A stretch of 60,461 nt of DNA, filler included, from Squatina squatina (GCA_031763465.1; 4 parts of 4 records of this genome joined end to end with filler, not necessarily neighbours in it); one strand, 5' to 3'; positions 21,111-33,586 are shown, counted from the first letter of the whole stretch. Program-made: numbers and translations. The notes: a model not told the origin generated them from the sequence alone.

Positions 21111-23188
21111 ACGAGCCTCTGGCTCAAATATTCCTCTCCCCCTGCTGCCCAGGTGCTAGTGAGGCGGAATGCACCAAAGGTGCGCTCCGCTCGATATGAT
21201 CTAGACTTCCTGTATTTGAGTGCAGGTCATTAGCACAGACTGATGTTCCCGATGTAGGCCTGTGCCCAAAATTAAGGGCGCAAATCACAGAATGGAAGTA
21301 ATTAAAATCGGTTATCTGTAAATGGGAGTTCAAAAGCCTTTGTTGAGAGCCACAAACAGTCCATGGAAAGAGGACGCCAATAGTGGGCCCAGGCTGTGTG
21401 CTGGGGAGGCTATTTCCTGATTTTGCTGACGTGAAAGAGAGCTGTGGGATGGTTATCACAGTCTGACTTACCGTCACTCAAAAGTCTGAAGGAAATTTGC
21501 TAAAATGATCCGGGGATCTAGCGATGGGTTTGGGATGGACAGTTTCTGTTTCGAACAAATTGCTGCAGGGCTGTGATGCCTGTAAGTACAGTTAGATTCT
21601 CCTAACTCATTTGCATCGGCTTACATTTCTTGCATCTGCTCTAGGTGCAAGCACTCTGTCCCAAGAGGGAGCTTTGGAAATCCCACGACAAAGGNNNNNN
21701 NNNNNNNNNNNNNNNNNNNNNNNNNNNNNNNNNNNNNNNNNNNNNNNNNNNNNNNNNNNNNNNNNNNNNNNNNNNNNNNNNNNNNNNNNNNNNNCTCCTT
21801 TTCCCTTTCCTTGACAGCGGGAGTTGTATCTTCCCTGGGCAAAAGAGAAAGGTCAATCTCACGCTTTGTCTCTTCAGCTGTTAGGGTGGCCAAGTTTCAT
21901 GGAAACGTCAGCTGCTTTTTTACAGCTAGCCAGCTATGTTTGGTTATCGGGCGTCAGAAATGGTCCAAACCACCCATTTGCAGTGAAACTGCATGAAAGG
22001 ACTCCACAACTAGGTGTGCATGGAAGGTCAAGTCCACTCATAAAACAAGAAAGCAATATCCAAGACCGCAGGATACCTGAATCAGCCTTCAGCCTGTATA
22101 AACCAATCTGCTGCCTTATCCAGAATTGCAGCTTGTACCTTCTTGAATCACAATCTTCCTTCCTCTTAAAGGTACAGACGAAATGATTAAAAACCTCCGA
22201 ACGTAAGATAAGGACAGTCTACAATTCCCAAAAAGGGGGTAAAATGATCAGAGAGTAAAGGATGAGGGAGAAGAAAAAAGAGCAAAGATCTGAGTGATGG
22301 TGAGCAAGTGAAAGTAGCTGAAGATGAACTGGCATAGATTAGAGAGATCAGATAACGATTAAGAGTTGAAGCAGGAAGCCAATTCTCTGAAAGATTAGGA
22401 TCTTTCTGTGATGGTGAAAGTGAAATATTATGGCACATAGAATGGGTCACCATTGTTTAAGTGAGCAAAAAATCAATTCAGTGGAAAGTCAAGCTTGATC
22501 GTGTGCTAGTAACAAAAGCCTACCTAGCCAGATGAGATTAAAAGCTAAGGGAGGCTGATCAAACTTTCAAACCCAGAATACCAGATTTGGGGAGGAGGAG
22601 GCTATTGTAGTGGAAACTAGACCTACTTTAAACAGTACAATAATAGAAGCAGACGTTTCAAAGCCAGACACCGTGGCTACACTGGTATTTAGCTTTAGAA
22701 ACATTGTAATGTTTTCAACCACCAAGTTGCCAGAGACTGAAGGAAGATTTAAATTTGGTGCACCAGAGGTACTGGCTTCAATCCCCCTGAAAGAGTTTTG
22801 CAGCAATACAAAGTTGGAGCATATATGTAATTAGATAATGTACAGCCAATCTATTTAATGAAACTGGAAATTGCAACCAGCATTATTTGGGAGGATTAAA
22901 TTGCAATGCTAATTTTCAAAGTTGTGCTGTGTTTTCTGCTACAAATGGCAAAATACATCCACTATTACTTCAAAAACTACAAATATTATTTCCAAATCAC
23001 ACTCCGTGGTGATTCCTTCCTGATGTGAACTCACCAACTTTCAGTTCTGTGGGATGCAAAACCCAACTATTCACAGAAAAGAATTTACCTTTGGTAAACC
23101 TGCCGTGTATTCCAGATACTGTCCCCAAGCAGAAACACATAATGCTGTTTACAAAATCTTGTTCCAACACAAGATTGGGTTGGGGCGA

Positions 23189-23376
23189 GGGGATGAAATT
23201 TTAACTGTTTCCACCAGGTAGGAAATGTGCAGCAATGTGAGCTGCCCAATTTGCACCTTGCTCAATTTTCCTTTCCATTGACTTCAATGAAAAAGGAAAA
23301 TTGGGTGGTGTGTAAAGTGGGCGACCAACCCACTGCTCCCGTTTTCTGCCTGATGGAAACAATTAAAATCAGCCCC
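23189..23376. mobile_element. Fully palindromic MITE (Harbinger/Tourist-like)
   Basis: ggggatgaaattttaactgtttccaccagg.. versus ..cctgatggaaacaattaaaatcagcccc; arms are imperfectly complementary up to the central cattgacttcaatg. Confidence 0.75.
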
Positions 23377-24887
23377 ATTCCCTCAGAATTGACTACTAAG
23401 TTTGGATATTGCCAATTAAAAAAAAATGTCTGACATAAATGTTTCCACTACCTTTACAGTTGCAAGTGGAATTGAAAACCTATTTTTAAAAGAACACATG
23501 CATTCACAGATACCTCTGTCTTATGGTGAAATAGTAAATGCACTTAAATGTTACGACGCCAGTTGATTATTCAGGATGCACCAATCTGCCTTACACTAGA
23601 ACTCTAATAATTACTTAACTATACCTAAGCTACAGTTAACAATCTAAACTACAGTAAAACAGTAATACTTCAACATTATACTATATTAATCGTTTATCCT
23701 ACCTATGTAAAAACATGACATTTTAGAAGGATATGTATAAAGGCAACACAATAAAAGGTACTGTGTGCAAAAGTAAGTGGTCCAAAAGTCAGGGCTTTTA
23801 CTCAAGCCTTACACACTAAGTAACTCCTCCACATTGAGTGACAAAAGGGCAAAAAGAATCCAGTCTAAATTAACATCTTATAATTTAAACTGTACACATA
23901 AATAATATTACAAAACACATTACTATAAATAAAAGATACACAACACAAATGGTAAAAAAAACAATTTAGGTTGTATGAATCTATGTGGAAAACACAAATA
24001 ATACAAAGGAAAAGGTGTAAAAACATGTAAACATTAAAATTTCTTAAAAATTAGAGGTGCGACATTCAAGCTCAAAACTGAGGCTTGTTTCCTTTTTCCT
24101 GTTAAATAAGTTCCCACTTTTAACCTCCTGCTATTTCTCAAAATCAGCATAACTTCTGTTCTGTACCCAACAGCCACATATTATGCCTGGTCTGGATTAT
24201 NNNNNNNNNNNNNNNNNNNNNNNNNNNNNNNNNNNNNNNNNNNNNNNNNNNNNNNNNNNNNNNNNNNNNNNNNNNNNNNNNNNNNNNNNNNNNNNNNNNN
24301 TGAGAGAACCATGAGTTCCTGCAACTGGCACTCCTGTCTTGTGTCTGAAGAGATTTGGAGCAATGTGAAGTGAGGGCCATGCAATGATGTGTTTGCGCCT
24401 CGCCTCCGGGGCCAGGACATAGCGCCTAAAGTCCCAACTTCGCGCCTCCCGAGAAAAAATGGCGAATTTTGCAACGTCATCGCTCCTCCGAACGGAGGCC
24501 CTGACTTTTGCCTTAACGCCTCCGTGGAGGCTTCAGCCAATTTCACCCCATAGTAATTTCAATATATTAATGAAGTTACCTTATTCTATGCACTAGATTA
24601 TTGCATATTCACCAATTTTTCTGTCATCTTAGTAAAATAGTGAAAGGGTAAAAAGACATCGGTAGATTCAGGAATTTGGGACCTACAGATATTTTCATGC
24701 ATTAAAATTAATGAACACCAAGTCCCACAGATTGTGCTACCTCCACATCTGATGGGCATTCCTGGCACACGAAGCCCCATACCAGGAGCATGAATTCATA
24801 AAATCTAATCCCTTTTAAAACATCAAGACCTTCATTCGCTGCTTTACTAAACAGACTGAATATCATTTGGCTAATACAAATTCCTAC

Positions 24888-24968
24888 CTGATAGTGGTAT
24901 GCTGGCTGCTGATAAATTGGCTGAGCTTGATGAGCTACCATTACTGGTGAGCTAGAAATAGAGCGAGG
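24888..24968 (-). CDS. BOLL: BOLL (boule) DAZ-repeat exon
   Basis: ttttccatcag| PRSISSSPVMVAHQAQPIYQQPAYHYQ |gtagga; 81 bp, phase 0-0; recalled human SRSVCSSPVMVAQPIYQQPAYHYQ. Confidence 0.92.
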
Positions 24969-26272
24969 CTGATGGAAAAGAATAACAATAAACAGTACCT
25001 GAAAAGCCGACGCATATGAACTCAAATGCTTACAGCACTTATATTACTGAATCCCTCCAATGAAGGACAGTCTTTCCCTCGCCAGCAACCTACAGAATTA
25101 TTGAACATTACAGGATAGAAACCCATCCAATTCAGCCCACGAAGTGCACCAATATTTTTTTCTAATGAGCCAGCTAGTTTAGTCCCGCTATTCCACTTCC
25201 TCCCCATACTGTATGTAATAATCCTCTTTTTAATTAACTGTATAATTCCCTTCTGAAAGAATTGATGGACTCAGCTTCATTCTAATCACCGTGAATTTTC
25301 CCCTAACTCCCATTTAATTNNNNNNNNNNNNNNNNNNNNNNNNNNNNNNNNNNNNNNNNNNNNNNNNNNNNNNNNNNNNNNNNNNNNNNNNNNNNNNNNN
25401 NNNNNNNNNNNNNNNNNNNAAGAAATATTTTCAGTTTATTTTTCATTCTCCTCTTAAGAGGAGAATATTCCATGAACTTCAATATAGATGGATTTTTTTT
25501 TTCAGTAAACCAAGCTGATGGCTTTAAAAACAAAGTTGAACAAAAAACCCCAATGGGGCACAACTTATTAAATAGCATGGCAGAAACATTAGGGAAAATT
25601 TTCTACTTCATACTGCAAAATACACATCCCTAGCGTGCTATTTTCCTTCTAGGATGCAAAACCATTAATAGGAATGCACAATTTCCTGATATGCACTCCA
25701 GGTACATTACCCCATTTTTTGTTGATATTTTTGTGCATCACATGGTCTGCAAAAGAAGATTTCCCCAATTAGTATCATTTGTTTCTTGATTGGAAAGAAA
25801 TACTCACTAGTGTGCAAGATACCCAAGTAAAACATTCTGCCTGTTCCTGCTTGCACGACTCCCAGTGGTGTGCCTCTCTTCACCTGCCTGAAACTGGAGG
25901 AGGTTACCAGCTAGTCTTGTAGTCAACAAGCACTCTGCTATCCAGCACTTTAAATCTTTTGAACTTTTAATTTTAAACAGAAGTGCATTTAAAGTGCCAA
26001 TGCGTAGAGCTTTGTTGATTAACACCATCAGGGAGAGACAATAGCATTGAGACTCAGTCCTTTGCCTAAATCATTCTTGCTCCCCCAAAGTTGTGTAATT
26101 GGAAAACATGAAATATAAACCATGTGCCATCCTGAGTTCTGTTTGATTGGATAACTGAACTAGTCCCATTCACAACATTCATTGAATATATGTCAAACTG
26201 GACAATATTTGTTATACCTTCTAAGTTCATTACCAGCCAAAAACTAAAATATTCAAATACATATTTACTCAC

Positions 26273-26400
26273 TGGCCAAGGTTGTGGAACAGAAGTGATT
26301 TCTGGGCTATGGAAGTAAGCCACTCCATTGTGGTAAGTGTAAGGATATCCAGTTGAAGTGGTTAAATACATTGTCCCAGCTGCTGGCATTAAACTTGTTC
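26273..26400 (-). CDS. BOLL: BOLL (boule) exon downstream of the RRM
   Basis: aaatag| xTSLMPAAGTMYLTTSTGYPYTYHNGVAYFHSPEITSVPQPWP |gtgagt; 128 bp; nearly identical to recalled human IMPAAGTMYLTTSTGYPYTYHNGVAYFHTPEVTSVPPPWP; splices in frame to 24888-24968. Confidence 0.95.
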
Positions 26401-26889
26401 CTATTTAGCAGACAGAAATTTCTCAGTAAAAAGAAATCATATACTTACTGAAAGAAATATATAAAGATCACAATGTAGAGGAACCCTCAGAGAATTATAG
26501 AGTCTCTAAAATACACAATTCAAATCAAGTTTTCAATTATCATCTGAAAGAGTTCAAAGAAAAATTATCTAACTATTCAAAGGCATCCTATATATCATTT
26601 TGGGGTGGTAGTGGCATCAATATCATTCTGCTCTGGGGACAGGAGGTGGGAAATTGCATGGGAAACCTTTTGTTTCAAGTGTTTTGATGCATTGAGAATG
26701 TCACCCATGTGAGTCTTGCTGCTAAGATATTAAACCCNNNNNNNNNNNNNNNNNNNNNNNNNNNNNNNNNNNNNNNNNNNNNNNNNNNNNNNNNNNNNNN
26801 NNNNNNNNNNNNNNNNNNNNNNNNNNNNNNNNNNNNNCCCTCCTCTCCAGAAGTCAATGACTAACATTGGTATATAGTTCCTAGTACTG

Positions 26890-27185
26890 GCAACCCTCCA
26901 GCCCCTTATTCAAGGGACCATTCTTCAGGTGTGAGTCCAGGCATTGTGTGTTGACAGGCTGTTTTATCATGGGAGAGCATCACAACAGAGCCTGAACTCA
27001 TTGACCCCCCCCATACATATGCGCTTTTCAGCAGGAACTGGACAGCAACTGAGCACAAGGACCCCGTCATACTCTGGCTGACATCAGTTAATTCGGCATG
27101 TATGAAGGATTGAACCTGGAATGTTCATAGTTTGTATGACTCAGTTCCACATTGGCTGGTGTACATTTACCAGCTGAACCATGGG
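26890..27185 (-). mobile_element. Family-B tRNA-derived SINE
   Basis: accattcttcaggtgtgagtcc..catcacaacagagcctga..ggattgaacctggaatgttc..tttaccagctgaacc. Confidence 0.55.
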
Positions 27186-29504
27186 TGGAGCTTTTTTTTT
27201 AAAAGGAAAAAGGATACTCCAAGGTTCATATGGTCTCCACAGTGGTTGTCATGGTGGATATTGATGCACCCTTGTGTATCAGTGATGTGTGATGACATAC
27301 TTGCTAAAGCATTAATGATTGTGATGTAATCAATTAAAGCTTTTACTGTTATGGACTAATATGGTCAGAGTATATGGAAGCTGTAATACAGTATGTGTTC
27401 TCCAGCAGAACCAAAACATTGTGTTGCAGACCTATGGTTCACTTCACTCTTGTGCTTATTTATGTATAGTTTGAAAGTGATTTCCTAGGATTATGTCATG
27501 CTCTATAACTTCTGGTGAGTAAGATATGTATTTTTGTTATTAGCAGCCACTTTTATTTGTTTTCCCTACAACTTTTCTCTTTTTTTCCCCCTTCTCTTCA
27601 CCTGGGACCATTAAATCCTTGCTGGAATATGGTTCCATGGCACTAGTTACTCTCTAATACCTCAACTAGACAGCATGAGTCAGCAGGTTTTTCATTCATG
27701 GTACCAACTTTGCCAAGCCAAATCCTCTCCTTACCTGATGTCCACATGTATGCTGAGAATCGCTGGACAGTGATCAGGAGCAACAGCACTAGCCAGTGTC
27801 CCTTCCCTAAACTAGGATGATTTGAGACCAATGACCACTGAGTCCCAGGGTGAAAAAACAGCACAGACCAGGGATCAAACCTGCAACCTTTGTGATCTGT
27901 GTTAACCATCAATTTACTTGTTATACACAGCCAATGGCTATTTCTAGATTCCCTATGATTTTCTTTTTGTTTCAGTTTTCTTCCCTTTTCTCCCCTTCTT
28001 TCCTGAAAGGATTGATTGCAATTGAATGGTTGCCAGAAGCCCTTTGGTTCCTTGCCCAATTTGCCATTCTTAATGTGTGAATCTGAGCAACGTGTTTTGG
28101 CTGACTACTTGACCGTGGCAGCACGGTTACAAAGTCCACAGGTATATTCCAGCCAGCGATCAGTGGATTACAGCCAGAAGCATGCACCCAAACTTGCTTC
28201 CCTTTCACCCCCACCCATGCCAAGGGAAACTGAGGCTACTGGGGGAAATTGCACCCCACCCCCCCACCCCCTTTGCTTTGGCTCAGACTAAGTAACAGNN
28301 NNNNNNNNNNNNNNNNNNNNNNNNNNNNNNNNNNNNNNNNNNNNNNNNNNNNNNNNNNNNNNNNNNNNNNNNNNNNNNNNNNNNNNNNNNNNNNNNNNGT
28401 GCTTCAGTATGTGCTTCAGTGCAGCTTTTACGATGTCCTTATGTACAATATAAAAGCACCTTAAATGAATCACTGAATTTCAGCTGTTGTAATTTTGTAG
28501 CATGCCATAGCATGAATAATTATGTCTGTGAACTGTAATCTGTAGAACATGTTGTTTGTATTGCCTGGACTCTGATTCATCTAGTGCTGTTGGCAACTGA
28601 AAGGAAAAGACTAGCTAGCCTATCAAACTTGTCCTCTCCTGACATGGTGTAATCTACATTTATCATCAACCTCACTCCACTACTCCTCTGCTCTGCAGTC
28701 ATGCAACCTTCTGGGAAGGGCCAAGAACTAGAGAAAAAAATGTTAGGTCAATTTTGGAAAGTTTATTTTATATTTTTCATTGAATACAAACCTTTTTATA
28801 AACGCTCTCTGATGCATTATTCATGCCCCTTGATGACTTCATCATATGCTTCAGCCAAGATGTAATGCACAATGACACAGTGATTGTATACAAAAGATGA
28901 ATTGAATATAGAGCAAGGGGAAAATTGGAAGATTGGAAGATATTAAATTAAACACAGCTNNNNNNNNNNNNNNNNNNNNNNNNNNNNNNNNNNNNNNNNN
29001 NNNNNNNNNNNNNNNNNNNNNNNNNNNNNNNNNNNNNNNNNNNNNNNNNNNNNNNNNNNTTAAACACAGCTTGCTGGCCAGCAAGATTCTGACATTGTTT
29101 GGCACTCTTCGCAGCTGTGGAGAATCGCCATTTATGGAAAACAGTATGAAGATGAATTCCAGAAATGATGTGATCTTCTTGCTTCTGTGTTATCAGTATG
29201 AATTGCCTGCACAAATGAAGACTAATTATTTTAAAGTTTCCAGCTGATTTGGTATAGAGTATACTTATAGATCATAAAAACAAAAAGTTGCTCTGTTTTT
29301 AATACAGTACTTTTATCAATCAGATTAATATGCATGAATCATTCTTAATATTAAATAGGCAATCTTATTTGGATTCAGTTAAGAACAGCAATTAACTTTT
29401 CCTTTATTGCTGTCTGTTGTGGTTTACATTTTATCTTGCTCTCTTACAAGCAGTGACCTGTACTTAAATATGGTTCCACACCAGGGCTTGAGTGCATAAT
29501 CTGA

Positions 29505-29830
29505 ACTCTGGGACTGCTGTGCAGTCAGAACTGCCATTGGACGAGTTGCGTGCCTGTTTTGACAGTTCAGGTGGATATTAAAGATTCCATGACACGATTC
29601 GAAGAACAGCAGAGTGACCAAGCCAACATTCCACTCCCAATAAGTATCATCAAAAAATATATAAATGGTCATTCATCTCATTGCTGGTTGTGGCATTACT
29701 CATTCAAAATGTCTGCTGTCTGTGTCTACAGAACAGTCATCATACTTAAAATACAAAACAAAAAATAATTCATCGTCTGAAATGTTTTGAGATGTTTCAG
29801 CACCAAAAGTGCTATACAAATGCGCATATT
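29505..29830 (+). mobile_element. Decayed Deu-domain SINE
   Basis: caggtggatattaaagattccatgacacgattcgaagaacagcag..ggtcattcatctcattgctg..gtgctatacaaatgc. Confidence 0.6.
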
Positions 29831-30498
29831 TTCCTGATGAGAGAATATTGTAGTAATTCTAGTCCTGGAAGATCCCAAACGCAATCCCCAGTGTAAGCCA
29901 ATCTCAACTGGAAAGGTATTCGGAACACTACATCATTACTAGCACTATACGGTTTTATGCAATCCTTCAGTACATAGAAGTTACAACATGAAAATAGGGC
30001 AATCGCCTAAACAGTTGATCTACATTGCGCATATGGTTGCTATGAATCTGAACATCAAACATTTGTAGGTTATTCAACAATGGAGTCCATTTCATCCAAG
30101 ATTGATGCTGATTTTATTTAACGTCCATGCAAGCACTGCAATGTTAAATTTGTTGGCAGCAAACCTGGCTGATTTTTTTCACCCTCTCCAGACTCGGGGC
30201 AATAGTAATGTTCCTACTGCCTTTCCATTTGAGATTGACATACACTGGGAGATTAAATTAAGCTCAGCTAAGGGTCCATTAGGATGCCAAGGTTTTGAAG
30301 GACATGTTCAACCTCAGACAGTTGGATAGGGATAGAGCCAGGCAGAGGGATAGAGTTGGTGGCTCGGGAATGGAGTTTGTGGCGGGGACCGAAAACAANN
30401 NNNNNNNNNNNNNNNNNNNNNNNNNNNNNNNNNNNNNNNNNNNNNNNNNNNNNNNNNNNNNNNNNNNNNNNNNNNNNNNNNNNNNNNNNNNNNNNNNN

Positions 30499-30625
30499 GT
30501 GCAGTAACCTTTTATGTGGCACCTTATCGAATGCCTTTTGGAAATCCAAATACTCTACATCTACTGGTTCCTCTTTATCCACCCTGCTTGTTACTTCCTC
30601 AAAAAACTCGAATAAATTTGTACTT
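30499..30625 (-). mobile_element. CR1 RT fragment
   Basis: TNLFEFFEEVTSRVDKEEPVDVEYLDFQKAFDKVPHKRLLH. Confidence 0.9.
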
Positions 30626-30996
30626 TGAGTTTCCAAATGTCCTGTTGAGACTCGAATGTAAGGCGGGGGGAATTGAAGAAATTCTTCACCCAAGCGGTTT
30701 ATATAAAATGCCTGTAGTAGTCCTTGTTACAATCTAGTGATGTTTGTGTAATTTCTTCTTCTGCCTCAGGTACACGAGTGAGAGGAAAGGAGCGGTTTTA
30801 TCACACTAGCAACAGACGAAAGTTGTCAGTAACAAAACCATGAAGGCAAGTGGATCACACACAAGAGAGAACACATCCTGACCGAAATCAAATCAATGGC
30901 AGCAGCGACACTGAAATACTCCTCACGCAGTCCCTCTGTGCCCCATCCATTTCTTAGCGCTAACTCCACATCATTTGTTTTGTATTTGTCCCACAG

Positions 30997-33586
30997 GATT
31001 CCACAAGACAGAAACAAGATCAAAAGAAAACTGTATCATTCAGTAGCATGCCTTCTGAAAGGAAAATTAGCAGTGCCAGCGACTGTATTAGCTTCATGCA
31101 AGCTGGCTGTGAGTTGAAGAAAATACGTTCAAATACTCGCATCTATAGCCGTTTTTTTACTTTAGACCTTGACCTTCAGGCTTTACGTTGGGAACCTTCC
31201 AAGAAGGATCCTGAAAAGGCTAAACTTGATATTTCTTCCCTTAAAGAGGTCCGAGTTGGAAAAAATACAGAGATTTTCAGAAGCTGTGCACTTGTGGATC
31301 AGATTTGTGAAGAATGTTCCTTCTCGTTAATACACGGGGAAAACTATGAGTCTTTGGATCTGGTAGCCAGTTCTCCAGATGTAGCTCACATCTGGGTTAC
31401 AGGCCTCCATTATGTCACTTCACATAGTAAGCAAGCTCTGGATTTAACAGAAGGCAATCAGAATACACTGAGGACTACGTGGCTCCATTCTGTATTTGAA
31501 GAAGCTGATGTAGACGGTAATGGAATTATGTTGGAAGACACAGCTGTGAAGCTGATAAAGCAACTCAATCGAGGTTTGAAAGAATCAAAAATTAGAGTTA
31601 AGTTCAGAGAGATACAGAAACATAAACCGCGGGAGGGAGGGAGAGAGGAGCACAAACTGGGGGGGGAGAGAGAGAGAAACACAAACTGGAAAGTGAGAGA
31701 GAAACNNNNNNNNNNNNNNNNNNNNNNNNNNNNNNNNNNNNNNNNNNNNNNNNNNNNNNNNNNNNNNNNNNNNNNNNNNNNNNNNNNNNNNNNNNNNNNN
31801 NNNNNCTAGGCCTGAGATATATTTCTTACTTGTGCAAATATCTAGTAATAAAGAGTATCTGGATGCCAAAGACTTGATGTTTTTTTTAGAAACTGAACAA
31901 GGAATGATACATGCAACAGAAGAAATGTGCCTTGATCTTATACGGAGGTTTGAACCGTCACAGCAAGGTCAGCTGCAGGGTTATCTTGGTATTGATGGCT
32001 TTACTCGGTACCTGGTATCATCAGAGTGCAATATATTTGATCCAGAGCACAATAAAGTCTGTCAAGATATGACTCAGCCACTGTCCCATTATTATATCAA
32101 TGCTTCTCACAACACCTATCTTATGGCAAACAGCGTAAGAGGCCCATCTGATCTGCAAGGATATGTTAGGGCCTTGCAATTTGGCTGTCGAAGTATTGAA
32201 CTTGATGTGTATAATGGTCCAAAAAATGAACCAGTTGTCAGTAACCGTAACAATGTGACCACATCAGTCACCTTCCATAATGTCATTGAAGTGATTAATA
32301 AATATGCCTTTGAAGCTTCAGAGTACCCTCTAATTCTGTGTTTGCGAAATCACTGCACAGTAGAACAACAAAGAGTTATGGTCCAGAAAATGAAAATAAT
32401 CTTTGGAAACAAAATCTTTACAGAACCACCAAATTCAGCAGAAAGCTACCTCCCATCACCAGAGAAAATGAAGAGAAAGATTATCTTGAAGGGAAAGAAA
32501 TTACCAGTAAACAATCATTTATCAGTAGGTGATGTGACAGATGAAGATGAAGAAACAGAGGTTTCCCGAAGATTGACTGATACATTTTTTGTCGCTGAGC
32601 GGACTATTCCTCTGTGCAGGGAACTCTCTGATTTGTTTACTCTATGTCAGACTGTGCAATTCAGAGATTTTCATTATTCAATGAAGAAGCAGAAATACTG
32701 GGAAATATGCAATTTCAGTGAACCTGAGGCAAGCACATTGGCAAATGAATATTCAGAAGACTTTGTGAACTACAATAAGAGGTTTCTGTCACGAGTGTAT
32801 CCTGGCCACTTGGGTTTAGAGTCAAGCAATTTGAATCCACAAGAATTCTGGAATTGTGGCTGCCAAGTTGTAGCCATAAACTATCAGACCCCTGGCCCAA
32901 TGTTGGATCTTAACATTGGNNNNNNNNNNNNNNNNNNNNNNNNNNNNNNNNNNNNNNNNNNNNNNNNNNNNNNNNNNNNNNNNNNNNNNNNNNNNNNNNN
33001 NNNNNNNNNNNNNNNNNNNNNNNNNNNNNNNNNNNNNNNNNNNNNNNNNNNNNNNNNNNNNNNNNNNNNNNNNNNNNNNNNNNNNNNNNNNNNNNNNNNN
33101 NNNNNNNNNNNNNNNNNNNNNNNNNNNNNNNNNNNNNNNNNNNNNNNNNNNNNNNNNNNNNNNNNNNNNNNNNNNNNNNNNNNNNNNNNNNAGAATCCTA
33201 TTTTTGATGAAAGCTTGGAATTTGAAATCAACCTGCCTGAGCTTGCCACGGTTCGATTTGTTGTTTTAGATGACGACTTCAGTGGGGATGAATTTATCGG
33301 ACAGTATACCATCCCATATGAGTGTCTGCAGTCTGGATATCGACATATTCCTCTACACTCATTCACTGGGGAAGAAATTGAATATGCTACGCTTTTTGTT
33401 CACATTGCAATAACTGACCGGAGAGGTGGGGGAAAGGCTCACAAGCGTGGGCATTCAGTCAGAAAAGGGAAGAACACTATAAAATTCACCATGTTAAGGA
33501 CTACTGGGATCAAAGTTATTGATGATACGTTCAAAATTGCGGGCCATCCTTTACGAGAAGCTGCAGATATCAGAGAAAACGTGCAG
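30997..33586 (+). CDS. PLCL1: Inactive phospholipase C-like protein 1 (PRIP-1), giant exon (PH, EF-hand, X/Y, C2), interrupted by two gaps
   Basis: ccacag| [73 protein letters not shown] |gtaata; closely follows recalled human PLCL1 ([17 protein letters not shown]); BOLL neighbour also favours PLCL1 over PLCL2; frame changes only across the 100-N gap 31706-31805. Confidence 0.93.

Noticed and set aside
31706-31805. PLCL1 frameshift or pseudogene
   Set aside because: The frame change coincides with a placeholder gap; both flanks are long, stop-free and conserved.
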